Part shown: one piece after another, positions 26,161 through 38,138 of the stretch | Layout of the letters: every line of letters begins with the position of its first letter | Position numbering within the stretch: position 1 is the first letter of the stretch | NCBI GenBank assembly: GCA_020891255.1 | Contig: BQFW01000015.1 | Location: forward strand, 2,356,001 to 2,420,000 | DNA length: 64,000 bases | Reading direction: 5' to 3' | DNA from: Entomortierella parvispora E1425 | Taxonomy: Eukaryota > Fungi > Mortierellomycota | Notes under the pieces: generated by a model | The model's input: the letters and a program-made list of their open reading frames with translations, nothing else | Database searches by the model: none | Told to the model about the DNA's origin: nothing | Translations under genes and position numbers: made by a program

Positions 26161-28291
26161 TTAGTAGGTTCCGCAAAGCTTCTTGTTCCATGGCTTGTCG
26201 TTGGCACGCTTGTAAACAGGGCCGGAGGTGGTGGGGTTCAAGGCGCTATCGTCCTGGAGGTACTCTGTTCCATCCTCACGCTTCTTCAATGCGCCCGCAA
26301 GCGTAATCTTTGAGCAAGATTGGGAAGACTCACCAGCGCGAAGATCACAGATCATCTCGGTGGAGCAAGCACTGCCAGCAGCGCAGGCACCAATGAGTCC
26401 AGAAGACTTTCCACGGTAGGTCCAGTAATCGGTGAAGGCAGCGGCAGTGGACTCGAAGGCCAAGGTAACGTTGTGCCACCAAGCAGCGGAAAGAGGAGCG
26501 TTGTCGGCAATGGGGACATAGGCACCATAGGCCTGACGAGCAGAGTACTCCAAGTGCCAGTTAGGGGTGGCACCAGTGGCATCCCAAGTGGCAGCCTGGG
26601 AAAGATCGGCAGTGTAGGTCTCAGACTCGAAAACGTTCCAGGAGCCGTTGTCGACCTTGTAGATACGGAAACCGGGGTTCAAGTCAGTGTAAGGGGTGAC
26701 GGAGGGTCCGATCCAGGCCGTGGCAAGGGCGTTCTGGGACGACTGGGCACCAGGTCCGTAGTAAAGAGCAAACTCATCATAATGGGTGTGTCCAAAGAAC
26801 TGCTCGGCAATGACGTGGGGCGAGTAGCGCTGGACGACCTGGTAGTAAAGGGCAGACCAGTTCTGGAGACAGTCGGTCTGCGAGGGTCCGACGTGACCAA
26901 TGATCCAAACACGCTCACCAGCATCCTCGGCGGCCTGCAACTGAGTGATCAACCAGTTGATCTCACCATTGGGGTCGTAGTCGCTGGTATCGGCGTACAA
27001 GTAGAAGTTCATGGTGTAGCAGAACTGGGTATTCAAGGAGATGATGCGGAATCCAGGAACGGGGGAGACGGTGTAGGCACCGTAGTTCTTGACAGTGCTG
27101 GTGGCATCGGCGGGCAACCATTTGGCCCAGTCACTGGCCAAATCGTCGTACAACCAAGACAAGTCTCCACCAGAGGCCGTCGTGGGGAACAGGTTGGGGG
27201 GACCACCCTCATGGTTACCAACGGTAGGGTAGATTGTGCCAACAGCGGCCATGATATCGTAGGCAGCACTGATCTCACCAGGAACAGTGGAGGAGCTCTC
27301 CAGCCAGACATCATGAGGGGGCACATCACCGGTCAAGATCGAGAATGCGGGCGTAGCCACGGTGGGCAAGTACTGCAACATGTTCTGACCCAACTTGACA
27401 GGGGCATCGCAGTTGTAATCACCCCAGGACGCAGCCGAGCGGTTGACGGGGGTAGTCTGACCCGCGTAATTGCGGCAGCACAAGGGGTAGTCGCAGTTTG
27501 CCTCGGAACCAGGAGTGTATTGAGCATCGACGTGCCAGCTGTGAAAGAAGCGGGTAAACGGACAGACAATCAGGCAGGTTAGTCAACAATTGTGGGAGGC
27601 GATTTTTTTAGATAGCCCTGTGCATTGATCCCTCGTGGTCATCCTCTGCAAAGTGATAAACAATCCGACTTACTCAGAGAGGTGAAGAACTTCAATCTGG
27701 TTGCCGCTGGGGGGAGGGGCAACAGGGTTGGCAGGTCTGGGCTTGGGGAAGGTAAGGGTTCCTGAGCTAACGGCAGGGGCAGGGCAGATACCCATGACCT
27801 GGAAGCAAATCTCCTGCCCATCACCACCTGTAAGGTCGGCAGACAAGAGCGAGTCCAAGAGGACTGGTCCTTGCGAGTAAACCAATCCGGAGCACTATTG
27901 ACGTGGTTTTGTCAATGAACAGAAGGCGGGTCAAGTTAACGGCTTATCCTGACTTCTCGGATATTTGAAATTATAACAAAGAAAGCAGAAGGGGAAAAAA
28001 AAGGGCAATTACCACAGCGGCGGGCTCCTTTGCGAGGGTAGGGCAAAGGTCATTGATGGCATCCAGAACCCAGTCCTTGTTAAGATAGGCTACATCCTTG
28101 ATTCCGACCAACGCAGCCTCACAGGCATCGCACTCGAGTGTATTCAAGAGATCTTCGAGGAGAGACTCGATCTTGTCGAGGACCCAGCCACGCTTCGCCA
28201 ACTGGTGAACGGGCTTGGGAGTCACTGGGGCAGCGTAGACCGACGAGGCCACGGCCAACGACAGGATCACAGAAGGCAAGCTAATACGCAT
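26161..28291 (-). CDS. Acid sphingomyelinase-like metallophosphoesterase, copy 1 (signal peptide, saposin B domain, calcineurin-like phosphoesterase); 3 exons (28291-28013, 27894-27674, 27538-26161); about 625 aa
   Basis: Signal peptide and propeptide ending KR; saposin Cys pattern (LECDAC...LCP...CSG...ICFQVMGICP); metal ligands DWHVD, TGD, GNHE, GH, GHTH; NPGFRIY. Confidence 0.93.
26816..26928 (-). repeat. 113-bp tract identical to 35695-35807 in inverted orientation
   Basis: Base-by-base comparison of the reverse complement: GAGGATGCTGG...TACTCGCCCCA, 113/113 identical. Confidence 0.9.
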
Positions 28292-31200
28292 GGTATATTA
28301 TGATGGTATGATGGGAGGGTATAGAGATGAGAACTCGTTTCCTGAAAGGAAGTGTGAGGGGGAATATAGGGTGGAGGGATGAGTGCAAGGTCAAGGACAA
28401 GGGACAAAAAAAAAAAAAAATCGGAAGAAGGACGCGCGAACGGGGGGTTTATATACAGCGAGTTGTCAGTGGAGTGAGTGGGGGGGTAATGGCTCAGCCA
28501 GTAGCCCTCAACTTTACCTTCGGAAGAATACCGAACCGGCTATTATTGATGTCAGCCAGCAGGGTAGTTAGACCCTGAAGTCTTCTTTCAGGCACGCTCG
28601 TGCATCGAAAACAACAACACAAAACGACGAATTGGTTGGTGCCCGAGCCTCTGGGCAAGAAGGGGTAGTGTGTCAATAACAAACGCCAGTGATTCAATGA
28701 CCTGGAGGAAGAGAATGCAACAACAATGGACCGTTGAAGGAGGTGCGTGTGAAGAGAGAGGAACCGAAGCGTGCGCGTACATGCGAGCGAGGGAAAGGGG
28801 GCGGTTGGATGTCAGTTACCTTTTTCGATGATGTTTTCGATGATGTTTTCTCTGCAGGGCAAACCTTGCAGGCAGAAATGGACAAGCGTGTGTGTGTTGG
28901 ACACAAATCAGGCCTAAAGAGGGAACAGCCTTACCAACTGGCGCAGATCCAAAGACCTTGTTCTTCCAATGGAACGAGTCATGCTCCCACTCAGGGCCAA
29001 CTGACTGGGCCGCTGACCTTGTCGTCTGCCAGCAGGTATCGTTCATACTGTTGTTACATTGTCTGCAGGTCCATCTGCTGAGAATGAACATCAGGGGAGG
29101 ACTATCGTCTCCAACAGCAACAAGAGACCGGGCACAGTAACAATATGAGGGAGGGTGTCCGCCGCCCAATCCCCCAGAGTACCTGCGCCTACGTGTGAAT
29201 TTACCTTTCTCTCCTTGGCTAGTGAGAACTACCTTCGGAATGTGGCTCTCATCGCTGTCCGTCACAGACTGGAGCTGGCTGCTCTTGTCTGCCCAATGAC
29301 CACATGTGGCCACGCTTGTTGCGAGAGAGGGCAAACCCTCTTGCGGAATGTTTAGTCAATAGCCTTGAGCCCGATCGAATGAATAGCGGATTGACTTGTG
29401 TGACCATGTTATTCCAGAATGCTGCGTGTCCCTTTCAATTGAATTGGATCCTCCTCGTCGTGCACTCCTCTGCTTTCTCTCCTCCCTCTTCCGTTGATCA
29501 CCCTGAACTCTTTTTCGCAAGGTGGTCGTTGTCGTGGGTGTGCCTGCACCCTGAAGTCAAAGAGAGCAGGCCGAATGGAAACAGGCTCCCTCTGTTCCAC
29601 ACCTCCCCTCCCCCCTTTTTCTATTCGCTGCTCTACCTCTTGGAGACAGACATCACTGCTGGAGAAGAACTCTTTGCTCCAACAGCAATAGAAAAAGGCA
29701 AAAATCTTGAGCAGCGTAATAACAGGAACATTGTTGCTGGACTGAACTATCCTGTAGACTAAAACTCAAAGAAGAATCATCACCGTCAACAAACCTCAAG
29801 TACGTACAACAACAATCACTGGATTTTTTCTCCACAACGCGCACCGACCCGGCAAACCGGATAAAATCCTAGTCATTGCCTTTTGGTCCGTAAAACAGGC
29901 TAGAGAGAGAGGAAAGCCCTTATGGTCTTCAAAAGCTGAAAAGAGCTTGCTCCGTTTTCTGCGTCAGGGGCTCGGAAGGTCTTTCAAGTCCGAAGAGGCT
30001 ATCTCTCATAAGGCTCTATTTCGGATGACAAACAGCTCCAGTGAAAAATGGGATCCTCACATCCGAACAAAAAAAAGGATCAACGTGGCTCTCAGTCTGG
30101 TCGTAGGATTTTAAGGAGGGACCATGTGCCCGAAAGAGCATCTTTGGATTGGATCGACTTTGTGCCCTAGACGTGGAAGATCCTATTTCAAGTCCAGCTC
30201 CAGAGCACCAGTCTTGGACCTCTATCAAAGTATCTACATATAACTAGTGGGCGTTCATCGTCTAGGTAAGTAGGAAGTCGAGAAATGTGCGAACAGATAG
30301 AACGTCGCTCCTCTCTACAGTATTGATTTTTCAATCACGGCACAACGTCAAATTGTTGATCCTTGGATTAGAATCGATCGACCGTTGGAATGCAGGGGAT
30401 GAAGAGTGTGGGAGTTGACAATAGACGACAGAACAGAATGTTTTTTGTTTTTTTTTGTCTGCAGGGTCAATGTCAATTGAAAGCGCAATGTCCTCCTCCC
30501 CCTTTACCCTCAAGGGCAAGGACGAGGTACAAAGGAGTCGCATGACAAAGGGATTGGACAAGAAGTCAGCCATGGCCAGCGAATAGAAACGATAACCAGG
30601 CAACAAAGGGTCCAGGGGAAGGAGGCCCAAGGGCTGGACCGGGCACAGACTCTTTGTTTTGTTAGGGAAAGAATGAAAGAATGTTTGCATTAATGACGAC
30701 GAGTGTTCTTGTGGTTTCTGTGCCATTTCAGCAAAGCGCGATCGGTTTGCGTTCGCTGGTACTTTGCAGCGATACATCTTTGTCTGGACAACCAGCTTTC
30801 CTCACCCACAATCCACTCGCGATTGTGGACACAAGAGAAGACGGTGGAAGGGACGGCGTCGACCCAGGGATATTGGCCACAAAGCTTGCACCTCCCCTCT
30901 GTCTTGGTTAACAAGTTGTTCCTTTGAGACCAAACACCTTCGCCTTGTAATTGTGTAGTGTTTCCAAAACAACAAGACAGAGTTGTTATCTTTTGTTTAG
31001 CCTGGACAAGGGCCATTTCGCGCGCGAGGCAAGGGGGGAACACAATGTCTCTTTGCAACCCTCTTGGAGAACACACGACACCTCATCCCACCCAGCGAAG
31101 ACCTTCTTTCAAGATGGCATGTGAGTTTTATTTACATCGGATCAACTTTGAGTATATTGTCTTGGACTTTGATCTTCTTGCGACACCTGCCCTTCTACAA

Positions 31201-34200
31201 GGAACTCTGCTGCTGATGGATTGTACTGTCGCATGCCAGCCTAGAATCAATTTCGTTTTCAAAAACTTGAAAACTAGAATCACCGTATAGATGCTGCGCG
31301 CTGCACAATTTCCGTAGATGTCCGACTCCGGATGAACCCACTATTGACAGTTTCAAATGGCATTGGTCTTTTCTTGATCAGTCCATTCGGATCTCTGAAC
31401 CGGACTCTCATATGGGGGATAACGAGAATGCCGGCCTTCTTTCAGACTTTTTTCACGCAGACTATTATTGCTTCTGGATCGACGGCGGAGGGCAGTTAAT
31501 GAGGTGGCTGCCATAAAGTTAATTGTGGAAAAGGAACGTCAGCGAGTAAAATCCACGCGAGCCCTTTCCGTGCTGCGGCCTCGCGATCTGGTTGGCGGAT
31601 GAGGAACACGCGTTTGGGACGGGGTGCCTCAGAAACGCGTGTAAAAATTCCCAAGCAGAGGGCCATTGTGGTCGCTGTTTGAATGTTGGTCCAATTGCTC
31701 GATTCTGGAGGACAAAAAAAAAGAGGGGGAATGGATCCTCCTGCGGGCTCACTCGTAGACCATGTGCACCAACGATACGTCCATGGCAGATCCTGGATTT
31801 GTCGGTATCGACACGTTCAGTGCTAGCAGTGAGAATAGAGCCTTTTTCATGGGAAATCGGAAGATGCTTAAAATCAGCTCCCGAGAAAACGTAGAAGGCG
31901 TGAGCAGGATATCGGCCAAGGTGTGTGTGTGCATGGGGCAATCGATTGGACCCTGGCTCATGCTCTTGGCTGACAGCATCTCTGCTTACAGCAAGGGGAA
32001 AGGCCGAGGCCGGTTGGTTCTTCCTTGTCTATTCAATGTATGAACTAACTTTGCCCCTTCATGTTCCATCTCGCTCTTGCAACAGATAGAGGCGAGGGCA
32101 AAACTCGAACAGGCACTTCTCGTTGAAATGAAAGCCCTGAATGCACCTGATGGGAAAATCGTACTTTTTTGCTGATGTACTTCCCTGCGCCCTGTCAGAC
32201 GAGCGCTTGAATGTTGTTTTCAACCGTCTCAGTGAGGGATCACAGTCCTTTTTCCGTTGTGAAAGAGGTTTTGTTTTTCTTTCTCGCGCTTTCTTCATCA
32301 TGCCGGGGGGTCCGAGGGTCTCTTTGATAGCTCTCGTGCATTAGTGACCCCCACATGCCCTCTCAACTGTAATTACTGCTGTTGTCACAAAGCTGGCGCC
32401 TCTGCGCGCCTCCTTCGTTGTCTTTGACACATGTCCCGCATCTTCCCTTCTCTTTACGCTAGCTCGACCCTCTTCATCAATTGTGGACGCAATTCGGCCC
32501 ATGAGAGTGGAGAAACCAAATTCCATTGGCCATGTTGCCATCCAATCACCCCCTTTGCATCGGGCACAGCGCGCTAAGGAATGGGCCCTTGGCGGCGCGC
32601 AGAACTATATTCAACCTTTGGTGCTGGTTGTTCTTGCATGTGCAAAAAAAAAAACAGACCTTCCTACCATTGCAGATCAGACGCTGGCCTCGGTTCTACC
32701 TTCGTTGTCTCGATAGTACAAAGACGGCAGCCCCGCTATCGGCTGGCGCTAATCAGATCTCAAATAGCCGTTCTGGCCGCTTCTAGCTACGACTTTTGCT
32801 GCAGTCTCTTCCTGCAGTGGTACCTTGGTTCCCACGGGGCTGACACATTGAGATGCTCAATGACACAATTGGTAGCCTTCTGCTGCACAGTGAAAATAAC
32901 TTCCATCGTTCCTGGAGACAGGTACCTGAAATAAGAATGGAAACCTCATTGGATCTACAAATCAAGGGCCGAAGACTCCAAAGTGACTACCCTCCTGCAG
33001 GTACGTACCGCTTGCAAGGTAGCCCATTCCTTAGACTTTCTTTCTCCATTCTTTGAGGTGCATGGCAGCCATGCTCTCAACCTCTGCTGATGTCAATAGC
33101 CCTTTTGAAGTCGAAGAAAGGACTAGAAAGAAGACTTCAAGGGAGGCGTCACAAGAAAGCCCTTTGCTATTTGACAGGTATTTCTGATGACAATTTGCTC
33201 GGTTGTATTCAACCGAAGGTATCCATGCACCTGTACACTAGTCTGTTCAATTCAGTTCGACTCTAATAGCAGCCAAAACAACAACAAATAAAAAACTAAA
33301 CGGAGGCGCGCTCGAGGAAACAAAACCTCTGTTGACAAGAACACAACACAAGGGACCTTGGAATGTTGATGGATGACATGACCAAAGAGCAATGGTCGAA
33401 TTCTTTCCTGCTGGCCGGTAGGACAAGCATGTGTGTGGGAAAAGACCTTTTTTCGACATTGTCAAACTTCAGGCTAACGGCTCTCAACAGTTCAGTTTTT
33501 ATTTGTTTTTTTTTTGGTTTTTGGTTTCTTCCTCATGATCTAGAATACAACTTTTATTTTTTGTTCCCTTTGTCTTCTTGAGCGAAGCGAAGAGTGGAGC
33601 GCCAAAGGAAAGGAAGGGTTGTTCTGGCGGATGAGAAAACAAAAGAACGCGCTCGCTCTTTCACTTTTGTGGTCGATCAATTGCACTCTGTACACGCCAT
33701 CTCACTATTTTGCAGGCCCGACAGTCTTGGAGACTTGACCTGGAGTCACCATCCCCGACGCCACGTTCAGAGCTCAGAGGATGGGATGAACGACACCTTC
33801 ACCACCATGCAAGGCGAGAGTTGATCCGGCTCGCCAATGCAAGCGGTTGCTGCCATCACTCAACTCACCCCACCATCCATTGACCCTCCGCTGCCGTCCA
33901 TTTCGCTGGTTAGTCTCTGGTCACTGGTGCGCCTGGGCAATCAAGCGCAATGTAATTCAATCGGCCATTTTCAAGATTGCACTTTGCCGCCTTGTGTACC
34001 TGCATGCTCTTTGTGTGCTCGATCCTCGCTCCCCCTCCTTCCCCTTTCCTTGCTCTCCACATTTCCTCGGTAACTTTGCAAACGTTATTCTGCAAACCCA
34101 GGGTTCGTCGCCAGTCAACGCCAATGCTCCTCCTCTTCTATTCTCGATATCCTCACCACACCCATCCCTCTTCGCCCCTCTGCCCTTCCTTGACTGCATC

Positions 34201-34479
34201 ATACTTCTGCTCTCACTTGTCGTCACTATTCTATCCTTTTCATTGTTTTCCTGCATTGTTGATGAGACCCTCTTGTCCATCTTCGCCTGCTTATATAAAG
34301 GACCCTCCGCCCGCGGTTCTTGTGTTGCTCTTTGTCCTCGACCTCGCCTTCATACCCTTACAACAGCCTCTTTCCCCCTCTCTCCTGTCCTTGCCAAGGT
34401 CTGACCTCCTTCTACCTACACCCTTCCCCATCTTCCCCACCCTCATCACCTGTACATTTTTAAACCTCCCGCTATCAAA

Positions 34480-36471
34480 ATGAAGATCGGCTTTCCTACC
34501 GTTATCCTCTCGCTCGTGGCCGCGTCAGCTGTCTACGCTGCCCCCACCATGCCTGCCACTGACCTCGAAAAGCGCGGCTGGGTCATGGATCAACTGAGGC
34601 CCTTGTTCGAGAAGGCCATCAAGACTCTGGAGTGCGGTGCCTGTGTGTCGGCCTTGGTCGCCGCCAAGGACCTTGCCTACCTGAACAGAAACTGGGTCTT
34701 GGATGCTGTTTCAGGCATCTGTACCGAGTTCAAGGTCATGCCCAAGGATGTGGTACGTTCTCTTTCTCTTTGAAGATGTAAAAAAAAATCTTATCTCGCG
34801 CTTTTAGAAACGGCAATTGAACAAATATCCTTTACATCCATCTATTTGTACATCTAGTGCCAAGGTTTGGTGTACTCTCAAGGACCTGTCCTCCTCGAGT
34901 CCGTCATGCAGGCCAGTTTGTTGTCAGGCGATGGCAAGAACATTTGCTTCCAGGTCTTGGGAGCTTGCCCAGCCCCCGGAATCACATCTGGAACTCTGTC
35001 CTTCCCCAAGGCTCGCCCTTCCAACATTGCCAACATCACCCACAGCGGTCAGTACGCCGATGTCCTTCACTTGTCGGATTGGCACGTTGACCCCGAGTAC
35101 GTGACCGGAGGAGAGGGCGATTGTAATCGTCCTCTTTGCTGCCGCAAGTACGCCGACTCACCTTTGGTCCCCAAGCGCGCTGCCTCATCCTGGGGCGATT
35201 TCAAGTGCGATTCTCCTGTCAAGTTGGGCCAGGATCTCCTGAAGCACGTCCCCAAGGTCGCAAATGTCTCCTTCACGATTTTAACAGGCGATGTGCCTCC
35301 TCACGATGTTTGGTTGCAGAACAAGGATACCGTCGTCGTGGTCGAGGAGATGGCCTACTCGACCATGAAGTCTGGTCTTTCCTCCAAGGTCTACCCCACA
35401 GTTGGTAACCACGAGGCTGGTCCTACCAACTTGTTCCCTACCGAGGCCAGCGGTGGTAACATCCAATGGCTCTACGACAGCTTGGCAGACGACTGGTCCC
35501 GCTGGTTGCCCTCGGATGCTGTCAACTCTGTGAAGCACTATGGTGCCTACACTGTCAGCCCCGCCCCTGGTTTCCGTATCATCTCCCTCAACAACAACTT
35601 CTGCTACACCCTCAACTTTTACCTTTATGCCAAAACCAAGGATTACGATCCCAACGGTGAACTCAAGTGGCTCATTTCTCAGCTTCAGGCCGCTGAGGAT
35701 GCTGGTGAGCGTGTTTGGATCATTGGTCACGTCGGACCCTCGCAGACCGACTGTCTCCAGAACTGGTCTGCCCTTTACTACCAGGTCGTCCAGCGCTACT
35801 CGCCCCATGTCATTGCTGAGCAGTTCTTTGGACACACCCATTATGATGAGTTTGCCCTTTACTACGGACCTGGTGCCAAGTCGACTCAGAATGCCATTTC
35901 CACGGCCTGGATCGGACCCTCCGTCACCCCTTACACCGATTTGAACCCCGGTTACCGTGTTTACAAGGTCGACACCAAGTCCTGGAACGTCTTTGACTCC
36001 CAGACCTACGTTGCTGATCTTTCCCAGGCTGCTACTTGGGATGCCACCGGTGCTACCCCCAACTGGCACTTGGAGTACTCTGCTCGTCAGGCCTATGGTG
36101 CCTATGTCCCCATTGCCGATAACGCTCCTCTTTCCGCTGCTTGGTGGCACGATGTGACCAAGGCGTTCGAAAAGACCCCTGCTGCTTTCACCCAGTATTG
36201 GAACCACCGTGGCAAGTCAGCCAACAGACTTCCTGCCTGTGCTCCCGGAAGCGCTTGCGCGGCCGAGATGATCTGCAATCTCCGTGCCGGTAAATCCTCG
36301 GATGCTTGCTCAAAGATCTCGTTCTCGTTGAAGAAGCGCGAGGACGGCGTTTTGGAGGCTAAGACCATGGAGGTCGAGGCCGAGGACCCCTCGGGCTTGC
36401 ATAGCTTGTACAAGCGAGCTGAGCCCCAGCCCTGGAACAAGAAGCTCTGCGGATTGGGATCCCAGATCTAA
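34480..36471 (+). CDS. Acid sphingomyelinase-like metallophosphoesterase, copy 2; 2 exons (34480-34752, 34858-36471); about 628 aa
   Basis: Same architecture as copy 1: signal peptide, LEKR propeptide, saposin domain, DWHVD, TGD, GNHE, GHTH. It lacks the intron that interrupts the D-W-H codons in copy 1. Confidence 0.94.
35695..35807 (+). repeat. 113-bp tract identical to 26816-26928 (inverted partner)
   Basis: Direct comparison, 113/113. A second tract, 36061-36150, matches 26473-26562 at 89/90. Confidence 0.9.
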
Positions 36472-36673
36472 AAGGGACAGAAACCACCCCCCTTCAATTT
36501 ACTCGTGTAGATATATCATCATCTAGTGCAGTTATTCATATATAAAATAACAACAAAAAAAAACAACAACAAACAACAGTAGCAATCATTCCATGGTGAG
36601 AGGAGGCAGGTGGCCAATGGACTGGCGGGACAAGGAGCATTGGTATATTTTTCCAGCCTGACACATTGAGATA

Positions 36674-37749
36674 CTATGTGGAACTCATGCTCTTTGCTCG
36701 GATCATATCGACGTTGTCGCCCGTCATCCTCCGTGAGAATTCCTGCACCCTGGTACTGCAGTATTCAGTGAACATCAAAATCTGTATCTCTTCTGGCAAA
36801 TATCTAACAGCAAAGGAAAAAAAATAGGGATCGGTTTTAGTCTTGATTGCGTGTCGACGTGTCTAAATCCATCTTGTCCCTTCTCCTCCAACTCTCTCAC
36901 TCCTTTGTCTATGCGAGAGTCCTCATTATCTACCTCTTGAGAGACAAGATCAAGTCCTCGAGACCTCCCATGTCCAGCATTTCGTCCATGCGATCGATCA
37001 CCACCATTTTGACATTTGTCACGTCCACCATTTGACGTCTTATCATTAGGGCGAGTTTCCCGGGTGTCGAGACCATAACGTGGCCTTGAACCTTTTCCCT
37101 TGGAGCCACATCAATCATGCGGGGTGCAAAAGTCACTTCAGGCATATTCTTTGCATAGTCCATAATGCAACTCCGAACATTCCAAGAGAGCTCCCTCGAA
37201 AATACAAGTACCAGGACCTAGATTTTATCGTGAAAAAGGAAAGGGGGTTGTGTGTCAGATAGCAAGGAAACGAACGATTTGAACGAGCTCAAAAGCTTCA
37301 CTTTGTACCTGTGTATCTGAGATAGTGGAATCGATGCTATTCAAGGCGGGGACTGAATAGGTGACTATTGAGTTGTACGCTCCTATCGATCGCGAATCAA
37401 CAAGGACGTTCTGGGGTGACTTTTGCAACATGATTAACGGTAGAACGTGCTGTTGAAGTTTTGAAAGATTCTCTGACCGACAATCGCGAATGCCTTGCAT
37501 CAAACCATCTTTTCTGTGATCCAGCGTTCCATACGCAAAAAAAAGACACAGCGGCAGGGAAAGAGAGAGAACAAAAAACGCGGATTAGACGTTAGTGCGT
37601 ATGGTTGACGTTGTGAGTTGTCCTTTGTTTTGTCAAACATCTCCTATTTACAAGTTTAGGTCTTCAAACGAAGAGATTGGCCGGAGAACAATCCTTGGGT
37701 CTACGATATCCGCAACGATCTCCAATCCAAATTCCTCCAATTGGTCCAT
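36674..37749 (-). CDS. Degenerate Dbp5/DDX19-like DEAD-box N-terminal (RecA1) domain-only protein; exons 37749-37652, 37513-37309, 37217-36934, 36803-36674; about 238 aa (the frame is also open to an upstream ATG at 37977)
   Basis: The spliced product aligns colinearly with Dbp5 as I recall it: SSFEDLNL, GI..., SKLQQHVLPL, PQNVL, SREL, STPG, MLDMGGLEDL...KRYLPEEIQ. Three GT-AG introns all preserve frame (717 nt total). Confidence 0.8.
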
Positions 37750-38138
37750 GAATAATGAGATACAGCTTATTCCTATGGGAGAAAAGGTGGTGTATGGATA
37801 AGTGGCTGACTCGGTTGTTTTGCTCGTTCTCCTTGTCAAAAAAGGGCAGTTATTCTCTGATAAAGATGACTGGGAAAACTCACTAGGATTACCGTTGTAG
37901 CCCTGATCCTGTAGGGAAGCGAGGGAATGAATGAGGGTTGATTGATGATGGAGAGAGGAACAGACCACGTCCTCCATGAAGTGCGTGCGCGATGAATTGG
38001 TGGCAAAGTCACGTGTTCATTCCACTGGCGGCCGCTGGCCACCGACTGATCAACACATTCAGTTTCGTGTCCATCAAACAAACAATTGCCTCTCATCCCT
38101 TCACCAAACAGGAAACACACATTACATTCCCAACAGCC

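Noticed and set aside
25697-26164. 155-aa ORF between MSH6 and sphingomyelinase copy 1
   Set aside because: It overlaps the expected 3' UTRs of two convergent genes, starts at a non-ATG codon and has no recognisable motif.
26320-27582. 420-aa plus-strand ORF (also 35281-36207, 62327-63127, 48775-49509, 41838-42689)
   Set aside because: These are antisense shadows of strongly codon-biased genes; the translations are Gly/Val/Asp-rich with no recognisable domain.
29155-29355. CPMTTCGHACC resembling a RING finger fragment
   Set aside because: The ligand set and spacing are incomplete, with no supporting exons or coding-like composition.
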